This document shows, one piece after another, positions 1-12,872 of a stretch of 64,000 nucleotides of DNA (position 1 is the stretch's first letter; each line of letters begins with the position of its first letter). Source of the stretch: Azolla caroliniana (Eukaryota; Plantae; Polypodiophyta); contig JBHGNT010000001.1 of NCBI GenBank assembly GCA_043228905.1, positions 10,230,001 to 10,294,000 of the forward strand, given 5' to 3'. The notes under the pieces were generated by a model. It saw only the letters and a list, made by a program, of their open reading frames with translations. It made no database searches and was not told where the DNA came from. The position numbers and the translations under genes are program-made.

Positions 1-369
1 CCTAACGGTGCCGGCAAATCATGAAAGGAACAAGAGAGAGCTCTTGTCCCAAACAAGAATGGATTTTTAGAGCGGACTGTTGCGGAGTGGGGAAGTGATA
101 GTTCGAGAAGCACTAATACCCTACACAGGAAGAAACCTCTCGGTGCAAAACAAGTATGAATCGGTCCGGATGGGGCATCCACGTACACGGCCGTAACCGG
201 AGGAATGAAGAAAGAATACCGAAAAGTGGAGGATAAGTTACGGTCGGCATCAATAATAAAAGAAGACGAAGAAATCGTGGGAATAGTCGAAGAGGTGTTC
301 TATGGGAGCACACTACAACGGCTTGAAGAGCTCGCGGAAGATACAAGCTAGGGAGACCGGGTAGTCCCG

Positions 370-3300
370 GTGGAATCGGTCGAGATGTACGAGATCATTG
401 TGAAAATGGTGCCGGATGCGCTCCGCAAAGAAGAAGCAATGGTAAGCACGAAATACAAGACCGTGGAGAAGAAAGTGAAACTAGCCGCGGGACCGTTACC
501 CGCAGATAGCGAACAAAAGAGGAAAGAAGTCTCGGCGGATCCGACACTTCGGAAGTCCATGGATATCGGACATACCTTCTCGGATGAGACCCGGAAGAAA
601 CTTCGGATCAGTGGAGGTGGTTTCCTCTCACAAAAAGAAGAAGAACGGTTTCGTGAGATGCTGGAACAACATGGAAAAACATTTGCATTTACATCGAAAG
701 AAATAGGATGCACTGACCCGAAGATAGTGGAGCCGATGGTGATCTTCACGATTGACCATGTGTCGTGGAACCTGAAGCCGATTCCGGTGCCACGGGCACA
801 TATTCCGAAAATCATCGACTTGCTCAAGGAGAAGGTGGCGATGGGGATTCTAGAGCCATCAAATGCTCCGTACTCAAATCGATGGTTTACGGTTCTGAAG
901 AAGAATGGGTCACTCCGATTTATTCAAGATTTGCAACCGGTGAACAAGGTCACGATCCGGAACTCCGGAGTCGGTCCGAAAGTGGACGAATTTGCGGAAG
1001 CATTTGCCGGTCGCGCGATATACTCCATCGGAGACCTATACTCCAGATATGACCAATTCCAACTAGTTGTGAAGAGCTGAGACATCACTACCATGCGGAC
1101 ACCGATAGGATTAGTCCGGATGTGTACGCTACCACAAGGCGCGACGAACTCAGTCGCACATATGATGAATGCGATGAACAAGGTGCTCCGGGATTGCATA
1201 CCGGAGATAACGATGCCGTTCCTAGATGACATTCCGATGAAAGGGTGTGCGGTGGAAGAAAAAGATGAAGCTATGGATGAACGGGGATGCCGAAGGTTTG
1301 TAGTCAACCATATCCGTGATTGTGAGAAAGTGTTACGGAAGTTAGAAGATGTGCATCTAACACTTTCCAGAGAGAAATCGGCATTCGGACAAGAAGAAAT
1401 ATTGGTTGTCGGACATCTATGTGGGCCCTACGGCCGAAGACCGTCACCAACCAAGATCGATGCGATTCAAGCTATGAAAGATGTCTGCGAGTCACAATCC
1501 GAAGTTCGAAGGTTTCTTGGAACATGTGCATTCTACCACATATGGATTCCACACTATGCACATATAGCGGACCCACTCTATCACTTGTTGCGGAAGGATA
1601 AGAAGTTTGAATGGAAACCGGAGCATACCAAAGCCATGAAGAAGCTCAAGAAATCACTACGGAGGGCAGAAGCACTAAAGAAGCCGAACTATGACCAACC
1701 GATCATAGTAACGGTTGACACAAGTCCAACCGGAATTGGATGGGTTATCAATCAAGCCGATCCGGAAGGTTCGCGATATCCGATCCGATTCGGAGCAAAG
1801 GTTCTCAACGAAAGGCAACGCGAATATGCACAAGTTAAAAGAGAATTATGGGGAGTCGTGTCGGCAATCAAATCCGATCGAGATTATTTGATCGGAGCCG
1901 AAGTAGTGATCGAAACGGATTGTCTTCCGATACTCGGGATGATGTAGTGTTGCACGATATCGGATGTGGCTATGATAAGATGGATTGCATATGTCAAGTC
2001 ACTTAATCCGGAGGTAAGACACATCTCCGGAAAAGACAACACTGTAGCGGATATGTCAAGGGCGCGGTTCGGAGATGACATAACCGAATCCGATAATGAA
2101 GAAGTTTCCAAAGACTACTTTGCTTCGGAGCACATATGCCGGGTGGACGTAATCCAAGAATTCCGGGAAGAACAATACGAGGGAGAAAGCTTGTTGATCG
2201 GGAAAATGCTACGAGAAATCGAGGAATCATCGGACAATAAAGAGAAGAGAGCCGAGATCCGAAGTAAGAAACGGCAAGTCTGGAAGTTCTTCTTGAAAAA
2301 TGGGTTACTATGGAGGGAGCCGATTAGACCGGATGACATACCACTTCGAGTAGTCGGGATGAAAGAGCAACGAAACCGGATAATGTCCGAATTTCACGAA
2401 TCCGATTGGGCTGGACATCGAGGAACATGGGCAACTTTTTGGAAAATCAAACAAAAATATTGGTGGAAGAACATGTACAAAAATATAGTGGAGTTCACGG
2501 AAAGCTGCGAGAAGTGTCAAATCTACTCCGGATTTTGACACCGAGATGAGTTACATCCGACATTCTCACCGACAATCAACTTCAAATGGATGGTTGACAT
2601 TGTAGCCATGCCAACCGAGATCGGACAAAAGAAGTACTTGGTGTTAGCTCGGGAAGATCTCACAAACCAAGTAGAAGGTCGGGCGCTACAGAGGAAAATG
2701 TGTTCTACGGTATGCCAATTCCTTTTGGAAGAAGTGTTTTGCAGGTACGGGTGCGTAGGACAAGTGATTGTGGATCGGGGAGAACTCGACTCTGATAAAG
2801 CTAAGGATTTCTTCACTAAACATGGAGTTCGGTTAACACTGACAACGACATACAATCCGGAAGCCAACGGGAAGGTCGAGCGAGGACATAGTCCGATCGT
2901 CAAAGTACTTGCCAAAGCATGCGATAGAAGGGTGAAGGATTGGCCACAGATGCTTCTGTATGCACTATGGGCGAATCGGACGATGCATAGCTCCGTAACC
3001 GGTTACATGCCGGCAGAACTCATGACCGGACAAGCATTGGTAATGCCTTCGGAAACCGCAATCGCGACATGGACAATGCTACCATGGAAGGAAGAGATGA
3101 GCCGGGAAGAACTACTAGCGGTCCGGATACGACAACTGGAGGGAAGACCGGAAGATGTAGCGGAAGCGTCACGCTGACAACAAGAAGCGCAATTCCGGAA
3201 TAAAAGCCGGTTCGACACAAAGCATCGACTATGACCGCGGAAGATTGAAGAAGGAGATTGGGTGATTATCTACGACAGTAGTTTGGATCATCAACATACA

Positions 3301-3600
3301 ACGATGCGGAAGTTCACGAAAAGGTGGTTCGGGCCATACGAGGTTCGGAAAGTTTTCGACAACCGAACTTACCGACTATGCGAGTTGGATGGAACAATGC
3401 TACGAGTTCCTATAGCCGGGAAATGGGTGAAGATTTTCAAGAAGCGGACTGATGAAGAACCCTATGTGATCCTAGACAAGACCGACCAGAAGGAGCAATC
3501 GGATGAAGATCGCAGTGATGCGGAAAGCGAAGAAAGTGGATTAGAACTCATAGTCGACTTAAGGGGAGAATCGGAGGAAGCTTCGGATGAAGGTGAATAG
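370..3600 (+). pseudogene. Gypsy pol (RT-RNaseH-integrase) broken by in-frame stops
   Basis: Same-frame ORFs 370-1080, 1093-1947, 1966-2538, 2590-3177 and 3262-3600 separated by stops, mostly TGA consistent with CGA deamination. Confidence 0.92.
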
Positions 3601-3656
3601 CAAGCATCGCGGACTTCGGCACATACTGGAGGATGTGCGGGTTAGGAGGGGGCGAG

Positions 3657-4496
3657 TGTCGTAGTGTAATTCGCACACTACGTGAAAAATTACATTTTTG
3701 GTCTCTCCGGATAGGACATGGAGTACCCGGTGAGAACCGGAAGAAGAAACCGGTAAGGACCAAAACCGGTAAGGAGACCCGGCAAGAGCCAGATGAAGAA
3801 GGCCGGTGAGAGTCGGTGAGAAACGGACGAAGAGATCGGTAAGGAGGTCCCGATAAGAACCGGACAAAGAAAACTAGCAAGCACCGGATGAAGAGACATA
3901 TTTGTAAATAGAAGAAAGTATAAAAATATATATATTGCATGCATAGGGCAAGATTCGAACCTTGCACCTCCATGTTAATAATGTTAAGCCTTATCATTAT
4001 ACTAGCGTATTATGAATTTTAAAGTTTTACTAAACTTTATCCCATGTAAATATTCTAGACATGCATGGTACAAAAAGTTATTCATGCATAGACACTCGAG
4101 TTAAAAGAAAAGATGAGATAGAAAACTAATCATGCACATGTAGTGTGCATGAAAACTAAAGATAGGAAAAGCATGATGTTTGCATGTGATAAACTTAGAC
4201 TCTTCCAACACTATATAAGGAAGAGAGAAAGATGTATAGCGGTTGTTGATTATTTTTACAAACGTTGATTAATATAATATAATCGTGGGATCCACGAGTT
4301 TGCCAACTATTTTCCTCTCTTAATTTGAGTACTCACTAATACACTATACTCGTGGGATTCACGAGTTTTTCATATCTTTCTTTCTTACAATATATTTCAT
4401 ATTTTTAATTGCCTTAGAATTTTCTTTCCTCCTAGTTCAAATCCCCAGCGGTTCCCACCCGACTCACGTAACGATCCGGAGCCGCAAGGCACAACA
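3657..4496 (+). repeat. 3' LTR of the first Gypsy element
   Basis: Follows PPT GGTTAGGAGGGGGCGAG; TG...CA ends with imperfect terminal inverted repeat; TATA-like CTATATAAGG near 4211; followed by ACGT. Confidence 0.85.
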
Positions 4497-5092
4497 ACGT
4501 GGGACCAAGATTATCACATGCTGTAGAGGCGAGGTGGCAAGGCAATCTACATTAGCTACAAGTGGGTATGTTGGTTGCAACATTAGCTGGGGGTGATAAG
4601 TTGGGCCATCCCTTTTGGATTGCCAAAATCATTGAAATTATTAAGGATGATGAAGGCAATCAAGTAAAGTCTATTATGGTTCATTGGTATCATACCTCTT
4701 CCAAAGATGCATTTACTGGGAAGTACTCTTTAGAGGTGGTTAAGGATGTCAAAGGCACAAGCAGAATGAGAAGAAGAAAGAATCTACCAAGCACGTCTAC
4801 TCTAGCACTTGATAATGTTGACATACTTGTGTATGACTTCTCCTTGACCAAAACAGGCTACAATGCAATCAAGATAATAAAAGAGAAGATCCCAGATGTG
4901 CCTGTTGACGCAACACAAAGACGAACAAGGAGTATGTGTCATATTCATAGTGATGTTGGATTGCTATTGGATGAATGCAATGCATTGGTTGCTAGTGATG
5001 ATAAGGATGAAACCTCACAAAGCTCTTCTAGTTCATCGGGTGGGTCTGAAGGGGAAGGCGTATCTCTGGGAAGTGATGGATATCATATATGA
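4497..5092 (+). pseudogene. C-terminal fragment of a Sola-like transposase, paralogous to 52719-55499, disrupted by the Gypsy insertion
   Basis: VGPRLSHAVEARWQGNLH*LQVGMLVATLAGGDKLGHPFWIAKI...VHWYHTSSKDAFTGKYSLE...DILVYDFSLTKTG aligns by eye with VGPRMTKAAEARWQGNLQELTAGMLIAT...HQFWVGKI...VHWYNTRSANAFTGKYTLE...DIIVYDFTLTNAG. Confidence 0.9.
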
Positions 5093-6016
5093 AATGTAAA
5101 TATTGTATGTTACAACAATATGGTGATTCACAAATATGTATAAATATACATGTTAGTCATTTTGTAATTTTTGTACGTTCTCTTGTAAATTTCACGTGTC
5201 GATTATTAGGGGCATTTTTTGAAAGCCCTAAATTTTTGGACATGGTATAAATCAATATATTTTGATTCAATTTCCAAAACCCTTTACGCATGCGATGGTC
5301 CTTTTTGTGAAATAACCTACTTTGTGCCTTTTTTGGATGGATTTTTCTTAAATTGCGACATATTACCTGTTTCAAATGACCCAGTGTTTATAAGATTCTA
5401 TGACACACTAGTTACTATAGTAGGTGGTGGGGTGTTCACACACTAGGGAAGTTGAGTTTGATTCTCAACACCTCAATATGCCCCTTCAAATGCAAGTTTC
5501 GGACGCCGAAAACTTGGTTCGGTTCAGTCTTCAAAATAGTACTCCCCCTCAAGCGTGGAAGGTCGGTAATCGAGAGACCAAAGTTCGCCACGAACTGCTG
5601 CAACTTGTTGATTCTGAAGGCTTTCGTGAATATGTCGGCCATTTGCAAATTCGTGCTAATATACCGCAGATCGATATCTCCAGCTAAGACATGTTGTCGG
5701 ATAAAATGGTAGTACACCTTAATGTGCTTGGTCTGAGCGTGGAAGATTGGGTTGCAGGCTAGGTGGATGTTTCTCATGTTATCGCAATACAAGAGAATCA
5801 GATCCTCGATGGGAATGCCTAGATCATTCAGGATTCTCTTGAGCCAAACGGCTTCGCATGCGGCGACAGTTGCACCCCTGTATTCGGCCTTTGCGCTTGA
5901 CAATGCGATTGTTGGCTGCTTCTTACTGCTCCACGAAATGGCTCCGCCGCTGAGTGAGAAGACAAACCCGTATGTGGATCATCTCTCAGCTTTGTAACCG
6001 GCCCAATAGGCATCGG

Positions 6017-6618
6017 TGTCGCGAAGAAAACCGGCCATAGGCGGAATCGGAGAGAAAGCGCATAGACCGGCCCTTATACAGATGGACGCGTGACTTGGTA
6101 TTTTGTACACGAATCGGTGGAGATAAATACTAAGCCGCACGCATTTATTAGGGGGTGGATTGTGCGTATCCTTGTTAGAGGGACAGGGAATAAAGGGAAT
6201 AGGACAAGAGAAAAGGGGTATCGCGCGCGAGGGAGGAAGGGGTGGTGCTGCTGCAGATCTGGGTGCGAAGCCTCTCTCTTCTCGGCGTCGTTCTTTGCGG
6301 GTGTCGGGAGTGCGCTACCTCTGCTTCGGGGACAGCCTGTGTGCTTCCAGCAGAGTCTCACCTTTTCCCCCTTTTGTTTCTTGGAGTCGTGTGACGGTCG
6401 TCGGTGTGCGTGAGTAGGGTCCCCGTGTCGGGTCCGTCGCCGCCTTGTCGGTTGTAACAGTCGGAGTTTGTAATCTCTTGTCATTGTAATTAAGTGTTAT
6501 GTTCTATATCTCTCCTTCTCGCTTCTACGTGTCTGTGAATCTCTCTGTCTCTCGCTCCTCGGTCCAAGACCCCCGTGGTCCCGCCCCTTTCTACACGTAC
6601 GCGTGTAACAACGCGACA
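6017..6618 (+). repeat. 5' LTR (602 bp)
   Basis: Direct repeat of 12255-12872; TG...CA ends. Confidence 0.96.
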
Positions 6619-6622
6619 TATT

Positions 6623-6640
6623 TGGTGAACCCGACCTGAA
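6623..6640 (+). promoter_or_regulatory. Primer-binding site complementary to tRNA-Trp 3' end
   Basis: TGGTGAACCCGACCTGAA is one mismatch from the complement of the plant tRNA-Trp 3' end as I recall it (...TTCACGTCGGGTTCA-CCA). Confidence 0.8.
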
Positions 6641-6662
6641 CGGGCGGCAAAGGAGTCGAAAG

Positions 6663-9600
6663 ATGAGGGGATCGGAGCTAGTAGAGGCAATGGCGGTGGC
6701 CGTCGACCGGCTGGTGAGCGCTCGTGAGGGAACGGGTACCCTCGATAGAGCCATTGAATCGATCGTCGGCTCTATAGGCCGTTTCGGAGGGAAAGACGCC
6801 ACAAGTTATTTGGAGGCTTACCGGGCCGAAATGATCATGAGGGATATCCCAGTGGACAGGCGGCTGTCCGGATTCCTTCGGGTGGTGACGCCGGGCATCC
6901 ATGCAGAGGTGCTCGAGGTGCTGGCCGGATGCCAGACTTGGGAGGAGTTCGAGTTGCAGCTCCTCGAGAAGTACGGGTTTGATGACTCGCTCCGGCTGTC
7001 GAGGCGGGACTTCATGGCGTGGGTGGAAAGCCCCGGAAAAGGGAGGAACACGTTGGTGCTCCTCCAGGAGTTCGAAAAACGGTTCGCGCGACTATCGACG
7101 TTGGACTGGACGGTGCTCGAAACAAGTCGAGTACTGCGCCCGACAAGGAAAAGGTGGGTCCCCTATTGGAAACGGACGAAAGGCTCACGATGGACTGGGC
7201 CGTGGTAAAACGGGTCTGCAGCCGTTTCGACAAACGGCGCGATTGGAGCGACGGAAGCACGTCGGGGTCGGGGCCGGTCCCGGGGAGGAGGCTCGAGGAG
7301 CCGGTTTCGGTGTCGGCTGGGAGGAAGGAAGAGACCCGAATCTGGCCGGAGTCGGGGTCGGCATCGAACGACGTGGTCAGAGGCCCATCCGGAGGAGTAG
7401 CTCTGGAGGAGCTAACACAAATGGTGCGTGACCTGCAGATCGCACAGGCCCGACGAGACAGCGGTGAACAACCTCGTGACCGGAGGCTGCCGGCTGGGCA
7501 GCGGTGCATGTGGTGTGACGCGATCGGTCACATTCGAAAGGATTGAGCGGATTTCGCCGACGCGCTCAGGACCAACGTGGTGTAACTCTGGAAAGGGCGG
7601 GTGCACGCGAGCGAGACCTGGAGAGCCCTGGAATTGAATACGGGGCGCGGCGGAATGAAGAAGTTGATGGAAGAGGCCGCGGCAGGGCACATCGAAGCCG
7701 TTAACTACTCAGTGTCGGCGGGAATTCGGGTCGGGGGTGAAGAGAACCGGAAGGCGAAGGACTCAAGATTCTGGCCGCTAGTGCTAGAAGGCCTCTCCGG
7801 AGTTCGGCTGAGGAAGGAAGAGGCGGACCACGCGGAACAGCGGGTCCAGGAGGTCACCGGTTGGGACGATCCGGTCGAAGAGAAAACGGGCTTCGTAGAA
7901 GCCGCTTGCCAGAACTACGAGGTTCTGGTGGAGGACAAACGGGTAGGAAAGGCTGGAGGGGTTGGCCCCCCGAGGTATGAGACCCGGTTCGAACCGAAAC
8001 CGACCGGTGCCGGCAACCCAGACGTGCTGGATGGGAAGAAGTAGGCGGGGTTTCGGTTGAGCACCGAAATCGAGAGAGCAACGAACCTATGGAAGGTCCT
8101 TGAAGAGCGAATCCTCGATAGTAAAGTGGAGCTATCGTTGCGGGAGGTGCTGGGAATCGCCAAGAGGGAGTTCCACGACTCTATCGTAGACTTGATGAAG
8201 CGAAAGAGGGTCTCGACGGAGCCGGAACCCACTACACGAAGCCGCATTGGGCTAGGGCGACTACGGAAACCCCTGTACGGATCGGCAACATTCTGGAACC
8301 GGTGGTGGCGTTGGTAGACCATGTATCCGAAATCAACCTGATGTCCATGGATTTCTACAAGAAGGGTAAATGGCCGATCAACACCAAGCATGGCTGGAAG
8401 ATACGAGCAACAATGCGCGCCACAGAAGAACTACATGGGGCCTGTTCGAACGTACGGGTGAAAATCGACGATGTCGAGATCGACCAACACTTCTTCGTGC
8501 AGGAGACGTCCTCGCATCCGGTTATACTAGGAGAGCCATATATCACGGCGGCACGGATGGAGACCAAGGTGCTGGACAACGGTCAGCCTATGCAAGAGTC
8601 AAGAGCCAAGACGGGCGTCACTCGGTTCAGTTCCTAACGGTGCGACCAAACCATGAGCATAACCGCGAGGACCTCGACAGCAAAACCCAAGGGGATTTTT
8701 AGAGAGGGCTATCAAGGCGTGAGGCCGCGATAGTCCGGACACCTGTGAAGAACCCCACAAATGTAAAGTACGGAAGGAGACCTGTACCATAGGTAGGAAA
8801 TTTTGGTTCTTCGACAGCGGAGTTTGTACTATAACCAGCGTCAGCAGCAGGGAGAGGAAGCGAGCGGAGGAGTGGCTCAGGGGATGCGGAGTCCTCTTAC
8901 CCGACGAGGACATCAGCGGCGCCGTGGAGGCGGTCTCTTTTGACGACACCTTGGGCGAACTACGAAAGGTGATCGGTGAAGACCTTAGGGAAGACTGGAC
9001 CGTTCCGGTGGGGTCAATAGGAATGTACGAAGTCATCGCAGACTTCGGGGAAAGGATCAGGTCGGATCGGACGGCCCGCTTGGATACGAAATACAAGACT
9101 GTAGACCGGAAGGTGAGGCCAGTCGCGGCACCCTTGCCGGAGGGCAGCGAGGAGCGGATAAAAGGGGTCGCATCGGACCCAAGTTTACAAAATCCGGCTG
9201 GCATAGGGCACCGGTTCACCGACATAACGCTACGGGAGCTCAAGGTCGGTGGGGGCGGCTTTCTACAGCCGGCGGAGGAGGACTGGTTTCGGAGGATGCT
9301 TGGGAGGCACGGGAAGGCTTTCGCATTCTCACCGAAGGAGATCGGGTGCGTAGACCCGACAGTTGTCGAACCGATGGTGATCTTCACGGCACCGCATGTA
9401 CCGTGGAATCTCAAGCCGATTCCGGTACCGAGAGCTCACATCTCGAAGTTGATGGAGCTCTTGAAGCAAAAGGTGGAGATGGGCATCCTCGAACCATCGA
9501 GTGCCCGTATTCGAATCGGTGGTTTACGATGCCGAAGAAGAATAGCACGCTGCGCTTCATTCAGGACCTACAACCGGTCAACAAGGTGACCATCCGTAAT

Positions 9601-12185
9601 GCAGGGATTGGACCGACCATAGACGAGTTTGCGGAGGCCTTCGCTGGAAGGTTGATCTATTCTGTCGGTGATCTGTACTCGGGGTACGATCAGTTCCAAC
9701 TAGTCGTGGAGAGCAGAGACATTACGACGATGCGGACTCCTCTCGGCCTAATGCGGATGTGTACCCTACCACAAGGAGGGACGAACTCAGTGGCTCACAT
9801 GGTGAACGCGATGAACAAAGTGCTCAGCGATTGTATCCCGGACATCACCATGCCATTCTTGGACGACATCCCGATTAGGGGATGCCCGGTGGAGAAAAGG
9901 GATGAGGCAATCGGGCCGGACGGATGTCGAAACTTCGTGGCGTCCCACATCGATGACTGCGAGAAGGTGCTGCAAAGACTAGAACGCGCGACGCTCACCT
10001 TCTCCGGGGAAAAGTCGGCCTTCGGATAGTCGGAGATCTTGGTGGTCGGACACCTGTGCGGGCCTTACGGTAGGAAACCGTCTCCGGCAAAGGTAGAGTC
10101 CATCTCCGCGATGAGGAACGATTGCGGGTCGGTCACGGAGGTCTGCAGATTCTTGGGGCCATGCGCGTTCTACCACGTCTGGATCCCGCACTACGCACAT
10201 GTCGCGGAACCCCTCTACGGACTATTGAAAAAGGGGCGTAGCTTTGAGTGGAGGACAGAGCACACGGAGTTGGTTCGGAGACTAAAGGAAGCGCTTACGG
10301 CAGCGCCGGCTCTCCGTAAAGCGGTTTACGGCAAGGATGTTCCAATCTGCGTAACGGTGGACACCAGCCCGACCAGGATCGGGTGGGTAATCAGTCAGGA
10401 GGACAAGGGCGGCGTACGATTCTCGATCCGGTTAGGGGCAAAGGTATTGAGCGAGTGACAGCGAGGGTACGCCCAAGTTAAGCGCGAACTTTGGGGCATC
10501 GTTTCGGCAGTCAAGGCCGACAAGGATTATCTAATCGGGACGGAGGTGATCATCGAGACGGACTGCTTGCCGATACTCGGCATGGTTTCCGGATGCGTGA
10601 CGCCGGACCTAACAATGCTCCGGTGGATAGCGTACATTAAGTCCTTGAACCCGGAGATACGACACATCTCCGGAAAGGACAACGCCATGGCCGACATGCT
10701 TTCGAGGGCAAGGTTCAACGACGAAGACGGCATGGTTTCGGATGACGAAGAAGTCGGCGAGGACTTCTTCGGGTCGGCTAACGTAACAACGAGAAAAGGG
10801 AACACTCCGGCGCTTAACGAATTTGATGAAAGCAGGTACGACGGGGAGTGGCTCCAAATCGGGAGGTTCCTACGGACGATGACGCCGGACGCAGCATGGG
10901 CGAGAGAGGAGGCGAGCTGGATACGGAGGAAGGCGTAGCGATTCTTCCTGCGGGACGGGTGCATATGGAGGCACCCAAAGAAGAGAAGCGGCATTCCACT
11001 CCGAGTAGTGGCAAAGAAAGAAGAACATGAGAAACTACTGGCGGCATTTCACGAGAGCCCCTGGGCCAGACACCATGGAACGTGGGCCACTTTTGAGAAG
11101 CTGAAGGAGAAGTACTGGTGGCCGAGGCTGTACCAGGACGTGCATCTGTTCGTAACAACTTGCGAAAGCTGTCAGATGCACTCCGTAGTCCGACACTGGG
11201 ACGAGCTACACCCGACCTACCCGCCTACGGTCCATTTCAAGTGGATGGTGGACTTGGTGACGATGCCGATGGGGGTAGGACAGATGCGATACCTGGTGCT
11301 TGCACGGGAAGACTTAACGAACCAGGTGGAAGGCCGTGCACTGCAAAGCAAGACAACTGCGGCGGTATGCCGGTTCCTGATCGAAGAAGTAGTGTGTCGG
11401 TACGGGTGCGTCGAGAGGATCATGGCGGACCGGGGAGAGCTGGATGCACGGGAGGCCAAGGAGCTGTTCGACCGGCTAGGCGTCAAACTCTCCCTCACCA
11501 CGGCGTACAATCCGGAGGCGAACGGAAAGGTGGAATGTGGGCACGGACTGATTGTAAAGGCGTTGGTGCGTGCATGTGGTGGGCAGGTCGGGAATTGGCC
11601 GTGACTCCTTCCTTACGCACTATGGGTGGACCGAACTACGCACAGTTCGGTGACAAGGTTTATGCCGGCGGAGCTCATGTACGGACAAAAGCCGATCATG
11701 CCGGTGGAGCGGATGGTTTCTTCGTGGGCGGCGGTAGATTGGAAGGACGAAATGAGCCGGGAGGAGTTGCTGGCGGCGCGGATTCGGCAACTCGAGTGGA
11801 GGCCGGAGGACGTGATACAGGCGAAGGAAAGGTGCGAGCGGCAAGGGAGTGGAACAAGATCCGGTTCAACCGGACGCACCGATTGCGACCAAAGAAGATC
11901 GAGGAAGGCGACTGGGTCTTGGTATACGACAACAGCCTCGACAATCAGCACAAGGCAGTGCAAAAGTTTGCTAGGAGATCGTTCGGGCCCAACACGGTGA
12001 TGAGCGCGAACAACAACGGCACGTACCACCTCGCGGAACTCAATGGGACATGGTTAGCGGTGCCGGTGGCCGGAAAGCGGATCAAAGTGTTCAAAAAGCG
12101 GTTCGAAGATGAGCCGGAGCCTGCGAGCGGGAGCGACAACGACGATCAGTTCGGGTCCGGCGGAGAATCGGAGAGCAACGAGTGA
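6663..12185 (+). pseudogene. Gypsy gag-pol, frameshifted
   Basis: ORF fragments: 6663-7208 (gag), 8302-8637 (protease ALVDHVSE), 8924-10029 (RT), 10039-10938 (RNase H), 11008-12185 (integrase). Confidence 0.92.
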
Positions 12186-12254
12186 GGCTGGGTTTCTTCG
12201 ATATCTACCCGTCTTTGGCGCATACCAGTGGATGCGCGGGTTGGTGGGGGTGGA

Positions 12255-12872
12255 TGTCGCGAAGAAAACCGGCCATAGGCGGAATCGGAGAGAAAGCGCA
12301 TAGACCGGCCCTTACACGGATGGACGCGTGACTTGGTATTTTGTACACGAATCGATGGAGATAAATACTAAGCCGCACGCATTTATTAGGGGGTGGATTG
12401 TGCGTATCCTTGTTAGAGGGACATGGAATAAAGGGAATAGGACAAGAGAAAAGGGGTATCGCGCGCGAGGGAGGAAGGGGGGGTGCTGTTGCAGATCTGG
12501 GTGCGAAGCCTCTCTCTTCTCGGCGTCGTTCTTTGCGGGTGTCGGGAGTGCGCTACCTCTGCTTCGGGGACAGCCTGTGTGCTTCCAGCAGAGTCTCACC
12601 TTTTCCCCCTTTTGTTTCTTGGAGTCGTGTGACGGTCGTCGGTGTGCGTGAGTAGGGTCCCCGTGTCGGGTCCGTCGCCGCCTTGTCGGTTGTAACCGTC
12701 GGAGTTTGTAATCTCTTGTCATTGTAATTAAGTGTTACGTTCTATATCTCTCCTTCTCGCTTCTACGTGTCTGTGAATCTCTCTGTCTCTGTCTCTCTCT
12801 ATCTCTCGCTCCTCGGTCCAAGATCCCCGTGGTCCCGCCCCTTTCTACACGTACGCGCGTAACAACGCGACA
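12255..12872 (+). repeat. 3' LTR (618 bp)
   Basis: Direct repeat of 6017-6618 with a 16-bp CT-rich expansion. Confidence 0.96.

Larger units (their letters stand above)
1..4496 (+). mobile_element. Ty3/Gypsy LTR retrotransposon, 3' part (pol + 3' LTR); 5' end lies outside the window
   Basis: RT (DLYSRYDQ, LPQGATNS, FLDD), RNase H, integrase (GHRG..CEKC, YNPEANGKVER, GPY) in Gypsy order. Polypurine tract just before the LTR, which runs TGTCGTAG (3657) to CACAACA (4496). Confidence 0.93.
6017..12872 (+). mobile_element. Full-length but decayed Ty3/Gypsy LTR retrotransposon with TCGG 4-bp TSD
   Basis: Near-identical LTRs 6017-6618 and 12255-12872 (TGTCGCG...CGCGACA). TSD TCGG at 6013-6016 and 12873-12876. 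PBS 6623-6640 and PPT before 12255. gag (zinc knuckle CMWCDAIGHIRKD), protease, RT, RNase H and integrase, all with stops or frameshifts. Confidence 0.96.

Noticed and set aside
3940-4010. Functional tRNA gene
   Set aside because: Only A/B boxes and a T-arm-like hairpin are visible, with no convincing acceptor or anticodon stem. Reported as a tRNA-like cassette instead.
6074-6484. Duplicated ORFs (also 12312-12722) as a novel gene pair
   Set aside because: They lie wholly inside the two LTRs and have no protein motifs; the duplication is just the LTR repeat.
348-12139. Many 60-350 aa antisense or alternative-frame ORFs over Gypsy internal regions
   Set aside because: Shadow frames of GC-rich gag-pol sequence with no independent motifs.
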